A stretch of DNA of 64,000 nucleotides from an uncultured Nitrospinota bacterium (GCA_963707985.1 CAVPRW010000031.1:192001-256000); one strand, 5' to 3'; shown: positions 31,006 to 41,794, counted from the first letter of the stretch. Program-made: numbers and translations. The notes: generated by a model from the letters alone, not told the origin.

Positions 31006-32742
31006 ATGACGCAGTCACAGCAACCGCATCGACCGCAGGTGCTGATCATCGGCCTCGATGGGGCGACATTTGACCTCATCAAACCATGGGTGGCCACTGG
31101 GCAGCTTCCTACCTTCAAACATCTGATGGATACAGGGACTCGGGGAAACCTGGAATCGACCATTCCCCCCATCACGCCGCCGGCCTGGACCTCATTCATG
31201 ACCGGGATGAATCCGGGCAAACACGGCGTATTTAATTTCACTGAATATCATCCTGCCGATCATTCCATCCGCTACGCCAATGCCTCAAACCGCAAGATCC
31301 CCAGCATTTGGCAGTTGCTATGCTCCCAGGGGCGGAGCGTCGGAGTGTTTAATGTACCGATGACCTATCCACCAGAAGAGGTGAATGGGTTTTGCATCTC
31401 AGGGTTAGACACCCCCGATAAGGATTCTGACTTTGTGTATCCGCGCTGGCTCAAGCAGGAGATCGAGCATAGCGTTGGTGAGCTCTATCTTGATCCCCGA
31501 CATCTGGGGTTCATGACAACGGATAACAGACGTGACAAGATTCTCGAATCCCTGGTCAGGATTGAGAATCGTCGGACGCAAATCACGGCGTATCTCCTCA
31601 AGAAGTATCCGGTCGATGTCATGATGCTGGTCTACACGGCCACGGATACCGTGCAACACTTCTTTTGGAACTATATGGACCCAACGCATCCCAGTTACGA
31701 TCCAAGCGGGGCAGAGAAGTATGGCGACGCGATTCTCAAGATCTACCGTGCCCTCGATACCGATATCGCGACCTTGTTGGACGCCATACCTCCAGAGTGC
31801 ACGGTGATCGTGCTGTCCGATCATGGCGGGGGTCCGGTTTCAGGAAAAATCATCCACCTCAATCAATACCTGCACGAGTTGGGATTGCTCGCCTACAAAA
31901 ACGGCTCCGCTGGGTCACCAAAGCGGCTGCTGCACCGGGGCATCGGTGGTCTCGATGGCTATCTGCGTGGCATGCTATCGCCGCGTCAGAAAACCGCCAT
32001 CGTACGCTTCTTCCCAACGCTGCGCGAAAAGTGGGAATCATACGCCACTGCTCTCAGCATGATCGATTGGCAAAAGACGCGGGCATACTGCCTGGAATTC
32101 TTGGCTTTTCCTTCGGAAATCTGGATCAACCTCGAAGGCCGCATGCCGCACGGCACCGTTAAGCCAGGAGCGGATTATGAGAAGTTGATTGCGATCTTAC
32201 AAGAGAACCTGTCGAACCTGAGCGATGACTCGACCGGAAAGCGCCTGATTCACAAGGTATACCGCAAGGAGGAAGTGTACCAAGGTCCCTATATCGATCG
32301 GGCTCCAGACCTGGTGTTCTCCTGGTGGGAAGAGGGGGGCCTGGAGTCACGCAAGAGTGGCGCGGGAGCGAAGCATCCGAGCCTGCGCACCTATGCCGAG
32401 GCACGCGAGGAGCTCGCGGCCTCGTGGAGCGGCACGCATCGCCTGGATGGCATCTTGCTGATGAAAGGTGCCCCATTCCGTGCCGGTGTCACACTCTCAC
32501 AGGCCCATATCACGGATGTTGCCCCTACCCTGTTGTATCTGCTCGGGCTCCCGGTGCCGGCCGAGATGGATGGGAAGGTCATGCTCGAGGCCTTTCGTGA
32601 GGAATTTGTCTCCTTGCACCCGGTGCAATACCAGGAAAACGATCTGCTGACGCATGCCACTCGGCCCTCAGAGGCAGTCTACACCATGCTGGAGACGGCA
32701 AAAATCCAGGCGCGGCTCAAAGATTTGGGCTACATCGATTAA
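31006..32742 (+). CDS. AlkP-superfamily phosphodiesterase/NPP-like protein (COG3379-like)
   Basis: IGLDGAT, STIPPITPPAW (Thr nucleophile), DTVQH, SDHG, SGTH; ends RLKDLGYID; no signal peptide. Confidence 0.92.
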   Translation: MTQSQQPHRPQVLIIGLDGATFDLIKPWVATGQLPTFKHLMDTGTRGNLESTIPPITPPAWTSFMTGMNPGKHGVFNFTEYHPADHSIRYANASNRKIPSIWQLLCSQGRSVGVFNVPMTYPPEEVNGFCISGLDTPDKDSDFVYPRWLKQEIEHSVGELYLDPRHLGFMTTDNRRDKILESLVRIENRRTQITAYLLKKYPVDVMMLVYTATDTVQHFFWNYMDPTHPSYDPSGAEKYGDAILKIYRALDTDIATLLDAIPPECTVIVLSDHGGGPVSGKIIHLNQYLHELGLLAYKNGSAGSPKRLLHRGIGGLDGYLRGMLSPRQKTAIVRFFPTLREKWESYATALSMIDWQKTRAYCLEFLAFPSEIWINLEGRMPHGTVKPGADYEKLIAILQENLSNLSDDSTGKRLIHKVYRKEEVYQGPYIDRAPDLVFSWWEEGGLESRKSGAGAKHPSLRTYAEAREELAASWSGTHRLDGILLMKGAPFRAGVTLSQAHITDVAPTLLYLLGLPVPAEMDGKVMLEAFREEFVSLHPVQYQENDLLTHATRPSEAVYTMLETAKIQARLKDLGYID

Positions 32743-32767
32743 CCGAGGGAGAGATGAGGGGCAACTG

Positions 32768-34460
32768 ATGGCAAAAATTGTGATGCTTGGCCTCGATGGT
32801 GCGACATTCGATCTCATTCTGCCCTGGGTGCAGGCAGGCAAGTTGCCACACTTCGCAAGGCTCCTGAACACGGGGATAGCGGGAACGCTGCGCTCCACCA
32901 TACCGCCGATGTCGCCTCCTGCCTGGAACTCCTTCATGACCGGAACAAATCCCGGCAAGCATGGCATTTATGATTTTACCGGCCGCACATCGCATAGTTA
33001 TGAAACCCATTTCATCAACGCCAGCTGGCGTCGGGCACCAACGCTTTGGCAGCCACCTGAGCCAAGCGGGCAAACGTGTCGCCGTGTTGTCGGTGCCCTT
33101 CACCTATCCTCCCGAAAAAGTCAACGGCATCATGGTGAGTGGCATGGATGCACCAGGGGTGGCGGGATTGGTGGATCGCAGTGCCACATATCCCCCTGAG
33201 CTCTGTGACGACATCAATGCGCAACGTTGGCGACTACCCGATGGGGCCGAATCTGTTCGCTTACACCGACCCTGGCGACATGGTTGATGCCGCCTTGCGC
33301 ACGATCGACAAGAAGACCGCGGCGGCGCGGTATCTCTATCAAGCAGGAGGACTGGGACTGTTTTCATGTTGGTGCTGGGCGAGACTGATGCCGCCAGCCA
33401 TCGATTCTGGCGCTTCTGCGATCCCGTCTGTCGCCGCTGCGTGATGAGACTCCCTGAGCGACAAGGTGGCCCATTCCCTGCTTAGCGATCTATCAAAAGA
33501 CCGACGAGACCATCGGCCACTTTATGGGTTGGCCTCTCGGGATACCACCGTGATGGTGATGTCCGATCATGGGAACGGCGGCAACAGCGACAAGGCCGTG
33601 TATCTCAATCGTTGGCTCGAGAACGCGAGGGATTGCTGCGTTTCAAGCGCTTCAAGGGCTTTGTCAAGGCGGGCATCGAACGCGCCAAGCAGATACGGCT
33701 TGCGAGTGCTCCCCCCACTATCAAACGGGCCATCTACCGCATGACGAATTTCCCAGATATGGTGGAGTCATGGGCGCGGTTCTCGGTCATTGACTGGACA
33801 CAGACCCAGGCGTATTCGGAGGAAACCCCTTATTTCCCGTCGATATGGATCAACCTAAAGGGCAGGGAACCACTGGGCCTTGTGGACCCGCACGAGTATG
33901 AGACGGTGCGCGACCCATCTCACGGCTCAACTAGCGCCGTGGCGGAATCCCTAACCGGCCAGACGCATGATCAAGCAGGTGCACCGGACGAGAGGAGCTC
34001 TATGCTGGTCCCCAGGTCGAGCAGGCGCCCGACCTGACGATCGAGTGGGAGCTCGACAACGGTTATTCCTACCTCTTTCGGCCCAGCACCGGACGAGGAC
34101 GGCTCCGGTCAGCCACTAGACGGTCATGAGCGGAAGCGTGTCAAGAGCGGGGATCATCGAGATGAAGGAATTTTCTTGGCGAGCGGTCCCCACCTCACAG
34201 CCCCGATGGAAATCAAGGAGGCAAGCATCATCGATCTGGCGCCGACCATCCTGTATCTATTCGGTGTACCGATCCCATCGAACCTGGATGGAGAGGTACT
34301 GACCCAGATATTTGCGGATGCCTACCTAGCGACGCACCCCATACACTATGCGCATGCACTGGGATCAAATGGGGATAGTACAGCATCGCCACACGACTAC
34401 TCAGCCGTAGAAGAAGAAGCGATCAAAGCCCGCTTACAAGGGCTTGGATACATCGAGTAA
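32768..34460 (+). CDS. Second AlkP-superfamily protein; multiple frameshifts
   Basis: LGLDGAT, STIPPMSPPAW, SDHG, SGDH, IIDLAPT; ends RLQGLGYIE. Confidence 0.85.
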
Positions 34461-34473
34461 TCACGGTGGGTGT

Positions 34474-34566
34474 ATGAAGCTAGCGCTTATCGTGGGATCG
34501 CTGGCTTCGGTCTTTATGATCATCATTACCGCTGCGGAAAAGCAGGATTTGGATTACGATATCTAG
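34474..34566 (+). CDS. 30-aa single-TM small protein MKLALIVGSLASVFMIIITAAEKQDLDYDI
   Basis: ATG 13 nt after the AlkP stop; hydrophobic helix plus acidic Tyr tail; below the ORF-track length cutoff. Confidence 0.5.
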   Translation: MKLALIVGSLASVFMIIITAAEKQDLDYDI

Positions 34567-34675
34567 TAAGGGTCAAATCCATGGAAAGCCTCAAACATTG
34601 TACAGAATCTTGACACATCAAGCCAGGTCATCATTTCCCACATTGCTTGGGGAACTACAAGGAGGTTATACCAGT

Positions 34676-35434
34676 ATGGATATCCAGTATGACAAAATAA
34701 TGTTCCCAACTGTGAGTGATTATCCGGAAGAGATGTTTGATATTAGTAGTCCTAAGGGGTATAGAGTAGGATGTGGTAAAGCCTATTTAGCTTCAAATGT
34801 CATAGCGAAGAGATTTTTTGTAAGAAGAATAAAAGAGGCCATCCGCCTATTGCCTCAAAGAGACTATGAGTCGATAGCTGACATTGGAACCGGATCAGGA
34901 TTTTATCTGCCATTACTCTCAACCATTGGGAAACAAGTCCATGCTGTGGATATAGCTCCTGTTCTAGATTTAACTCAACAGATGATTCTTAAGAAAGGTC
35001 TCCGTAACATTACTTTTCATAAATCCGATGTCAGGAATTTGCCGTTCAAGACCGGTTATTTTGATTTGATGTTTTGTCTCAGTCTCATAGAGCATGTAGA
35101 AGATCAAGAAAAGACTCTCATCGAATTTAAACGTGTTATTAAAAATAATGGGATACTACTTTTAGGATATCCATTACAAAATATGCCACAGATCATTTTT
35201 GAAGGCGCAAACCGTAATATACAGTTTGTTAAGCTATTTTTTAAAGTGAGTTTTAGAGATGCAATAAGAAGAATAAACGAGTCAAGAGATTACCCACACG
35301 ATCATGTTGCAGATTTTAAAAACATTAGAAGAAAAGCGGAAAAACATTTCTTATTAAGAGATTTTACTACCGTAAGATTGCTTGGGTTCCCAGTATATGA
35401 AATCTTGTTATTAGTGCATAACAATCTCGCCTGA
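34676..35434 (+). CDS. Class I SAM-dependent methyltransferase
   Basis: IADIGTGSG, LPFKTGYFD, LSLIEHV; GGAGG RBS; AT-rich. Confidence 0.9.
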   Translation: MDIQYDKIMFPTVSDYPEEMFDISSPKGYRVGCGKAYLASNVIAKRFFVRRIKEAIRLLPQRDYESIADIGTGSGFYLPLLSTIGKQVHAVDIAPVLDLTQQMILKKGLRNITFHKSDVRNLPFKTGYFDLMFCLSLIEHVEDQEKTLIEFKRVIKNNGILLLGYPLQNMPQIIFEGANRNIQFVKLFFKVSFRDAIRRINESRDYPHDHVADFKNIRRKAEKHFLLRDFTTVRLLGFPVYEILLLVHNNLA

Positions 35435-35548
35435 GAAGAGTAACATAGTTATCATCTAACTCTCATGCCGTGACTAGCCTTTATCCTGGAAACCTCAAGG
35501 CAAGATTCGATCAATATCAATCCAGCCGACAATACGGAAAGGACGACC

Positions 35549-36697
35549 TTGAGACTGCGGACATGGATATTGATCGGTTTGTTACTGTTAGGCTTAATGG
35601 CTCCTGTTACATTCGTGGTGGGGAGCCACCTACTCCAGACCAGCCCAACCATGGCGAGGACTATCGGCACACCGCTGCCGGTCAGAGTTGCCACCGCTAA
35701 GCAGACAACATTGACGGAGATCATTGGAGCAAGCGGTGAGGTCGAGCCGATTACACTTGTGAATCTTACTGCTATCATGTCGGTGCGCGTCGAGCAGGTT
35801 GCTGTTGACCTTGGTGATATCGTCTCACCAGGGCAAGCGCTGTTGCGCTTTGATCGTGAGATAGTTAACGCCGCCGTCATTGCGGCACAAACGGCTATGG
35901 AGCAGGCGACTGCTGATCGGGGGCGTGCAGCGAACTACCTCCAGCGCATTGGGGCCATCTATACCCAGGGACTTCTACCAAAGCTTGAGGTAGAGAAGGC
36001 GCAGGCCACACTCGATGCAGCTAACACCAAGCATAATGAAGCAAAGGAAAAACTCGTCCGGGTCAGAAAAGATCTTCAGAACCTAGCCGTCACGTCGCCA
36101 GTGGCCGGCATCGTCATGGAGCGCCCAATTAACGTGGGAGAAACTCCAGCGCTTCGGCAAACGCTGATGACGCTTGGCCGGATTGATCACGTGCTTGTGG
36201 CCACGAATATTGCCGAGGAACGGATTGGCGAGATCCATGTTCAGCAGCCCGCCACCGTCACCGTGACCGCCTTCCCCAACGACGTGTTGGAGGGAGAGGT
36301 CGTGAAGATTAAGCCCGTGACCGATCCGAAAACCAGGACGTTTCTCGTCTATACAAAGCTAGCAAATCCAGCGTTGAAATTGAAGCCCGGATTAACGGCT
36401 TTTACGCGAATCAAGCGAGAGCATCAGACCTTAGCAGTGCCAAGCGTCTCTCTGATCAATCCGACAGGCATACAGGAAAGCTCCGTCTTTGTCCTGGAAA
36501 ATGGCACAACCGCCAGGCTCAGAAAAGTGCAGGTCGGGGTGGTCGCCGCAGGCATGACGCAGATCCTCAATGGCCTGGCGGAAGGGGAACAAGTGGTGGT
36601 GGTCGGCCAGTTCTCCCTGAGGGACAATGACCACGTGTTAATCGGGGATGAATTTAAAGAGCTCAAAGAACAAGTTGCCCGGAAACAGTCGAATTAG
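35549..36697 (+). CDS. Efflux periplasmic adaptor (MFP)
   Basis: N-terminal TM, VDLGDIV..GQ, VTSPVAGIV, LKPGLT, GLAEGEQVV. Confidence 0.92.
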   Translation: MRLRTWILIGLLLLGLMAPVTFVVGSHLLQTSPTMARTIGTPLPVRVATAKQTTLTEIIGASGEVEPITLVNLTAIMSVRVEQVAVDLGDIVSPGQALLRFDREIVNAAVIAAQTAMEQATADRGRAANYLQRIGAIYTQGLLPKLEVEKAQATLDAANTKHNEAKEKLVRVRKDLQNLAVTSPVAGIVMERPINVGETPALRQTLMTLGRIDHVLVATNIAEERIGEIHVQQPATVTVTAFPNDVLEGEVVKIKPVTDPKTRTFLVYTKLANPALKLKPGLTAFTRIKREHQTLAVPSVSLINPTGIQESSVFVLENGTTARLRKVQVGVVAAGMTQILNGLAEGEQVVVVGQFSLRDNDHVLIGDEFKELKEQVARKQSN

Positions 36698-36699
36698 CA

Positions 36700-38052
36700 A
36701 TGTCCGAATGTCGGTGGTTGATTGCTCTGTCCCTATCGCTCTGCGCATGGCTTCTGCCGCTTCTGCTGGCGGCGGAAGCAGCGCAAGCCATTCATTGCGA
36801 TCTGCAGGCCTGCATCGAGCTGGCCTTTAGCAACCATCCCTCCTTGAAGGCGAGCGACGCCCGGCAAGCCGCAGCTCAATCACAAGTCGACGTGAGGGTG
36901 GCAGAGCGCAAGCCAACCCTAGAACTGGAAGGCGAGAGCGGTTATCTGTCTGGTCAATCTATCTCGCCCTTCGCGGCACTCTCAGGATTTACTCAAGAAG
37001 GCGTCCGACAGCAAAATGTCGCTGGAGGATACGCTCAAGCAATCCTTGGTCTGGAGGTGCCGCTCGTCAAGGAAGGAGCTTTGGTAGGACAGACGTCGGC
37101 ATCCATACGCCAGGCTGAATTCAAGGTCTCTGAAGAGGGATGGCAAAACCGCGCCCTCCGTCTCCAAGTTACCTCGACCGTCGCGGTAGCCTATGTTGAC
37201 GTGCTCAAGCGGCACAAAGCGGTCCAGATCGCTACAGAGGTTGTGTCAGCTTTCGAGGAAGCCTACCAGCTGGCACTGGCCAAATTTCAGCAGCATCTCA
37301 TCTCCAAAAATGACCTGTTGCTAGCGGAGGTAAGGGTTGCAATGGCCAAGCGAGATCTTTCCGTCGCTCGCCTGGCTTTGCAAAAAAGTCAACGAGCCCT
37401 CGCCTCGGCGATTGGGTTCGATCAAGCATCCACAGTGGAAATTCAAGACCTTCCGGACTCTTGGGCTTTGCTTCCACCTCTGGAAAGGCTGCTGGAGCTG
37501 GCCCGTCAGACACATCCGGAGTTGAAGGCGCGACAGTTCAAAGTCTCGGGGAGTGTAGAGGAAGTCAGTCGTATCCGGAGCGAGCAATATCCCAGCCTAT
37601 CGTTGAAAGCCCAATATGGCGCTGTAGATGCTTTCGCAGGACACCCCAGCGATCAGTGGACGGCGGCGGTCAAGGTGAAAGTACCGATCTTTGACTTCGG
37701 TTTAATCCGAAGCAAGGCAGAGGTCGCCCGTGCCAGGGTGGCCGAACAGGAAAAGCTGCTGATGGATTTCCAGCGCGGCCTCGAATATACGATTGCGGAA
37801 CTCTACCTGCATACCCAAGAACTGGAAGCCGAGGCGACACTCATCCTCAAGCAGATAGAACAGGCGCTGGAAGCAGTGAGATTGAATCAGGCTATGTTCC
37901 AGCAGGACCTTTTGCCCTTGTCGGCAGTGCTCGATGCTGAGGCTGTGTTGCAAAAGCTGCATCTGGCTCTCAGCGAGGCGGAGTATGACCAAAAACTGGC
38001 GCGTTATCAGTTACGGGTGGTGAGTGGGGGATGGGAGCCCAAAGTGCCATAG
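36700..38052 (+). CDS. TolC-family outer membrane protein
   Basis: Signal peptide; NHPSLKA and THPELKA repeats, YPSLSL, VPIFDFG. Confidence 0.9.
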   Translation: MSECRWLIALSLSLCAWLLPLLLAAEAAQAIHCDLQACIELAFSNHPSLKASDARQAAAQSQVDVRVAERKPTLELEGESGYLSGQSISPFAALSGFTQEGVRQQNVAGGYAQAILGLEVPLVKEGALVGQTSASIRQAEFKVSEEGWQNRALRLQVTSTVAVAYVDVLKRHKAVQIATEVVSAFEEAYQLALAKFQQHLISKNDLLLAEVRVAMAKRDLSVARLALQKSQRALASAIGFDQASTVEIQDLPDSWALLPPLERLLELARQTHPELKARQFKVSGSVEEVSRIRSEQYPSLSLKAQYGAVDAFAGHPSDQWTAAVKVKVPIFDFGLIRSKAEVARARVAEQEKLLMDFQRGLEYTIAELYLHTQELEAEATLILKQIEQALEAVRLNQAMFQQDLLPLSAVLDAEAVLQKLHLALSEAEYDQKLARYQLRVVSGGWEPKVP

Positions 38053-39059
38053 TATTCTCTAAATCGATACGGGGCTTAGCCATCCTGCTCGTCTTCTATC
38101 CGCTGCGATGGATTGTGCGCTGTCTATCCTGGCGGCAAGCGCTTGGCGTCGGCACCTTTCTGGGTACTTGCCATGCTGTGCTAATCAGAGATCAGTTGCA
38201 TCGACAGATCCTGCAGGGTCTCAAAACCGTTTTCCAACATCAATTGCCTGAAGCGGCGATCAAGCGCTTGGTGCGGCGTAATCTGGTGACCCGCTATAAG
38301 CATGTCATCGACGGTTTCTTCTATCAATGCCTGGATGAAGCGCTCGTTGAGCGCCTGGTACCGAGCGTCGAAGGAAGGGGTTACCTGGATCAAGCGCTGT
38401 CTACCGGGAAAGGGGTCATCCTACTGGCCTCGCACTTCGGTTCGTCTGGAATGTTGATCGCGGGTCTTATCTTTCGAGGCTATCGAGTCCACCAGGTCTT
38501 CACCCTCAGTCCCCAGCCGCAATACCGTTCCTGGCATCGCTTGGAACACGCCGTCATGCGGGCTAAGCTCCGGTGCTGGGAACATGAACGGGTGAGTTTT
38601 GAGTTTTGGAGACCCGGAATGTATCTCAGACCACTTTATCGAAAGCTCCTGGAAGGGAAAGTCGTGCTCTTGTATGGCGACGGGGCCCGGGGCCGACAGT
38701 TTACGCGCGTGGAGTTCATGGGCCATCCCCTGGCCCTCTCGGTGGGACCGTTGATCATCGCTGCCAGAGCACAGGTCGCGCTGCTCCCAGCTTTTATCAT
38801 CCGCGGTGCAGATGACCGCCATCGCATTATCCTCGAGGAGCCGATCATGCTGAAAGATGATGCCCCTGCCAGCATCCAAAGGGGGGCCGAGCAATACGCA
38901 GCGCTGCTGGCGCAGTATGTCAGTGCCTACCCAGACCATTGGTTTACTTGGGCACGCCTTCGACGAGGCAAAGCGGAAATCAGCTCAGCACTGCAGCTCT
39001 CTACAGAGGAAACAGAACCGACCAACTTTTACCTTTCCGGGAAACGGCAAGAGGGATGA
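38031..39059 (+). CDS. LpxL/PatA-like acyltransferase
   Basis: GKGVILLASHFG, EFMG...SVGP..IA, YPDHWFTW. Confidence 0.85.
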   Translation: MGAQSAIVFSKSIRGLAILLVFYPLRWIVRCLSWRQALGVGTFLGTCHAVLIRDQLHRQILQGLKTVFQHQLPEAAIKRLVRRNLVTRYKHVIDGFFYQCLDEALVERLVPSVEGRGYLDQALSTGKGVILLASHFGSSGMLIAGLIFRGYRVHQVFTLSPQPQYRSWHRLEHAVMRAKLRCWEHERVSFEFWRPGMYLRPLYRKLLEGKVVLLYGDGARGRQFTRVEFMGHPLALSVGPLIIAARAQVALLPAFIIRGADDRHRIILEEPIMLKDDAPASIQRGAEQYAALLAQYVSAYPDHWFTWARLRRGKAEISSALQLSTEETEPTNFYLSGKRQEG

Positions 39060-40510
39060 CCACCACTAGCAAACACGTGCTCAGCAATTCGATGTTCTGC
39101 GCAGCAGGGTATGCCATTGGAGCGGCCATATTCTTTGTGACCGTTGTGATAATTGCCAGATACCTCGGCGCGGAGGGCTTTGGACACTTCTCCTTAATCA
39201 TCGCCTTGGTAGGAATATTTCAATTAGTGGCCGACATGGGGGTGCGGAATATCCTCATTCGGAACATGACATTGGAGCTTAAAAATTTTCGAATACACTT
39301 GGGAATTGCCCAGACGCTGCTATGGATGCTGTGCCTCGTCAGCCTAGGGTGCATCGTAGTGCTCGCCAATTTACTTAGTCTGACGCCTGAAGTGCGTCAA
39401 TCGATGTATATCGCTGGCCTGGCTGCAATTGTCACGTTTCATAGCCTTGGCTACAGTGCGGTCCTGCGAGCGTTCGAGGAGATGGGGTGGGATATCCTGG
39501 GGTTCGTGCTGCACAAGGTAATCTTCATAGTGGGCATCTGGCTGGTCACGCAAACGAGTTTCGGAGTAAAAGGAGTTTTCACTGCTCTGCTGCTAGCCAA
39601 CGTCACTCAGTGGTGCTATTTCTGGGGATTGGTGGGCTTCCGGCATGGGCGTGCGAAGCCATGCTTGGATCTGGCCGCCGCATGGGTGCTCCTATCGGAA
39701 GCTCTGCCGCTGGGAATCGCCGAGATACTCGGACGATTGACCCAACACGTGGACAAACTCTTACTCGCCGCTCTAGGCACGCCAACGGCGTTGGGACTTT
39801 TCAGCGCCGCCTACAAATTCTTAGAGGCCATGCACCCCTTCACGGTGAACATGACCTTGCCGCTGTTTCCTGTCTTCTCCAGACTTGCGCAGATCTCTTC
39901 CGTACAGCTGTTCAGGGCATATGAGCAGAGCCTCAAATTCTTATATGCCATGGGCATGCCCCTCGCCGTCATGCTATTCGTCTTCTCGGATAACATTGTA
40001 CTGCTGTTCTTTGGAGAAGCGTTCCGCCAGGCCGACGTGGCTGTCCGGCTTCTGGCCCCGACAGTGGTCCTGCTCCTCCCGACGTCCCTCTATGGCTATA
40101 TGTTCACCGCACTGGGCCGCCAGCGCCTCTACATGGGATGCATGGCAGCGGCCCTCATCGTCAATACGGTGCTAGACCTCCTGCTCATCCGTTTCTATAG
40201 CTTCATCGGAGCAGCTATCGGTACCTTGGTCGGCGAAGGCGTGCTGTTCCTGGCTGGGCTGCTGATGCTGCACAGGCTCGGGTGCGGTTTTGGCAGCCTA
40301 TGGTTGGTGTGGCGCCCGCTTCTGGCTGGCCTCGCTCTGGGGCTTTGCTGCTGGGTGACCAAGGATATGAAGCTCGCATCAGCGTTCTTGGGCATTTTTA
40401 GCGGCATGGTTGTCTATACCGGTGTGCTACTCATTTTCCAGACCTTCACGCAACAGGAGCGCTCTCTCTTGCTGGATGCTATGCGAGTCCGGTTGAGCCC
40501 TGGCAACTAG
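39056..40510 (+). CDS. Wzx-type flippase (MOP superfamily)
   Basis: IARYLGAEGFG, DMGV, VDKLLL, LGLFSAAYK; about 14 TM segments. Confidence 0.92.
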   Translation: MTTTSKHVLSNSMFCAAGYAIGAAIFFVTVVIIARYLGAEGFGHFSLIIALVGIFQLVADMGVRNILIRNMTLELKNFRIHLGIAQTLLWMLCLVSLGCIVVLANLLSLTPEVRQSMYIAGLAAIVTFHSLGYSAVLRAFEEMGWDILGFVLHKVIFIVGIWLVTQTSFGVKGVFTALLLANVTQWCYFWGLVGFRHGRAKPCLDLAAAWVLLSEALPLGIAEILGRLTQHVDKLLLAALGTPTALGLFSAAYKFLEAMHPFTVNMTLPLFPVFSRLAQISSVQLFRAYEQSLKFLYAMGMPLAVMLFVFSDNIVLLFFGEAFRQADVAVRLLAPTVVLLLPTSLYGYMFTALGRQRLYMGCMAAALIVNTVLDLLLIRFYSFIGAAIGTLVGEGVLFLAGLLMLHRLGCGFGSLWLVWRPLLAGLALGLCCWVTKDMKLASAFLGIFSGMVVYTGVLLIFQTFTQQERSLLLDAMRVRLSPGN

Positions 40511-40576
40511 TGCGTCTAGATGCCAGAGGATTGATATCCGAGGAAATACTATTACAAATGGAGCCAATCTGCCCGG

Positions 40577-41794
40577 ATGAGAGGATGTGATTTGAGGAGA
40601 TTGCTCACACTTGCTGGTGTGCTGGTCCTGACGATGAGCGCCTTTCTCACCTGGATTGAGGCGACCATCACTGGAGGGGCGAATCCCAGCATAAGCTTTG
40701 GATGGACGGCTGCATTGATTGGGTGTATGGCAGGCATCGGCTGGTTTTATCGGTCAAGTAAGGTGTTAGCCGTTTGCGGGGTGATGGGACTAGGGCTGTG
40801 CGGTTTTTCGATTGTTCACTTGGCCCTGAGAGATCCTGCCTTCTGGTCCCTGGTCGACGAAAATTCCCAGTACGCGAGTATCATGAGCTTCTCTCGCCTC
40901 AACCTTCCGGCGAATTACGGCATCGAGCCAGCCTTTCAGATGAACCTCTCAACCGAAACCGTGCTGGGTCGGCTGGCCACAGCCTTCTATTTTATGGGCT
41001 GGGGATGCCTAGTTTGTCTGATGGGAGGTCTCTTGCTCCTCATCCCATCCCTCACCGTCAGCGAGGGGCGAAATATGCGGTGGGTGGTCCTCACTGCAAG
41101 TATGATGGTTGCCATTCAAGGGCTGATGCTATTCAAGGGGTTTGCTGCGCAATATCTTCAAGAACAGGGCGATCGTGACATGGCCCGCGGCCGTTATGTT
41201 GAGGCGATCGCAAAATACGAGGCTGCCCAACGCTGGGATCACCAACTGACCGGGAGTGAATTGAGTCATCTCCACTGGGGTAATGCCTACAATCAGCTAG
41301 GAATACCTTCACATCCGAACGCACGTTTTTATCTTGGTGATCGTTATGCTCAGGAGATGAATTTTGTTGCAGCTCTCGCTGAATATTTGCTGGCGGCCCA
41401 GGAGGCCCCAGCACCACTAAGGGTAATCATCCATAAGCGCATCGCGTGGACCTACGTCGCTATAGGCCTGGCGTCGTACCGAAACGGCGAGGTTGGCCCA
41501 GCGATTGGTTGGTGGGAGGCCGCATTGGCCTTTGACCCAGCACAGCTCCAGGTTCCCTATTTTCTAGGCAAAGCGTATTTTGATCAGGGCCGCTACGAAG
41601 AGAGCATCGCGATGGGCCGCTTCCTCATCTATCGCTCACAGAATCGGCTGTTGAATGCGAACGTGCAGGCTAATCTTGGCGACGCATTTTGGAAAAACAA
41701 CGATTTTACAAGCGCGCGAGAGGCTTATGAGGCGTCGATGAGCCTTGACCCTTTCGGCAATTTCAGGATCTTCAAAAGCCTAGGCGGGACATGA
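40577..41794 (+). CDS. Membrane protein with C-terminal TPR repeats
   Basis: Several TM helices followed by TPR-like A/L/G/Y patterns (YFLGKAYFDQGRYEES, NLGDAFWK). Confidence 0.8.
   Translation: MRGCDLRRLLTLAGVLVLTMSAFLTWIEATITGGANPSISFGWTAALIGCMAGIGWFYRSSKVLAVCGVMGLGLCGFSIVHLALRDPAFWSLVDENSQYASIMSFSRLNLPANYGIEPAFQMNLSTETVLGRLATAFYFMGWGCLVCLMGGLLLLIPSLTVSEGRNMRWVVLTASMMVAIQGLMLFKGFAAQYLQEQGDRDMARGRYVEAIAKYEAAQRWDHQLTGSELSHLHWGNAYNQLGIPSHPNARFYLGDRYAQEMNFVAALAEYLLAAQEAPAPLRVIIHKRIAWTYVAIGLASYRNGEVGPAIGWWEAALAFDPAQLQVPYFLGKAYFDQGRYEESIAMGRFLIYRSQNRLLNANVQANLGDAFWKNNDFTSAREAYEASMSLDPFGNFRIFKSLGGT

Noticed and set aside
32713..32742. LGY tail as a peptidoglycan-binding domain
   Set aside because: It is a single helix on cytoplasmic proteins, not the three-helix repeat
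33050..34100. Programmed frameshifting or phase variation in the split genes
   Set aside because: Indels are clustered by region, often outside long repeats, and also hit a young IS; sequencing error is more likely
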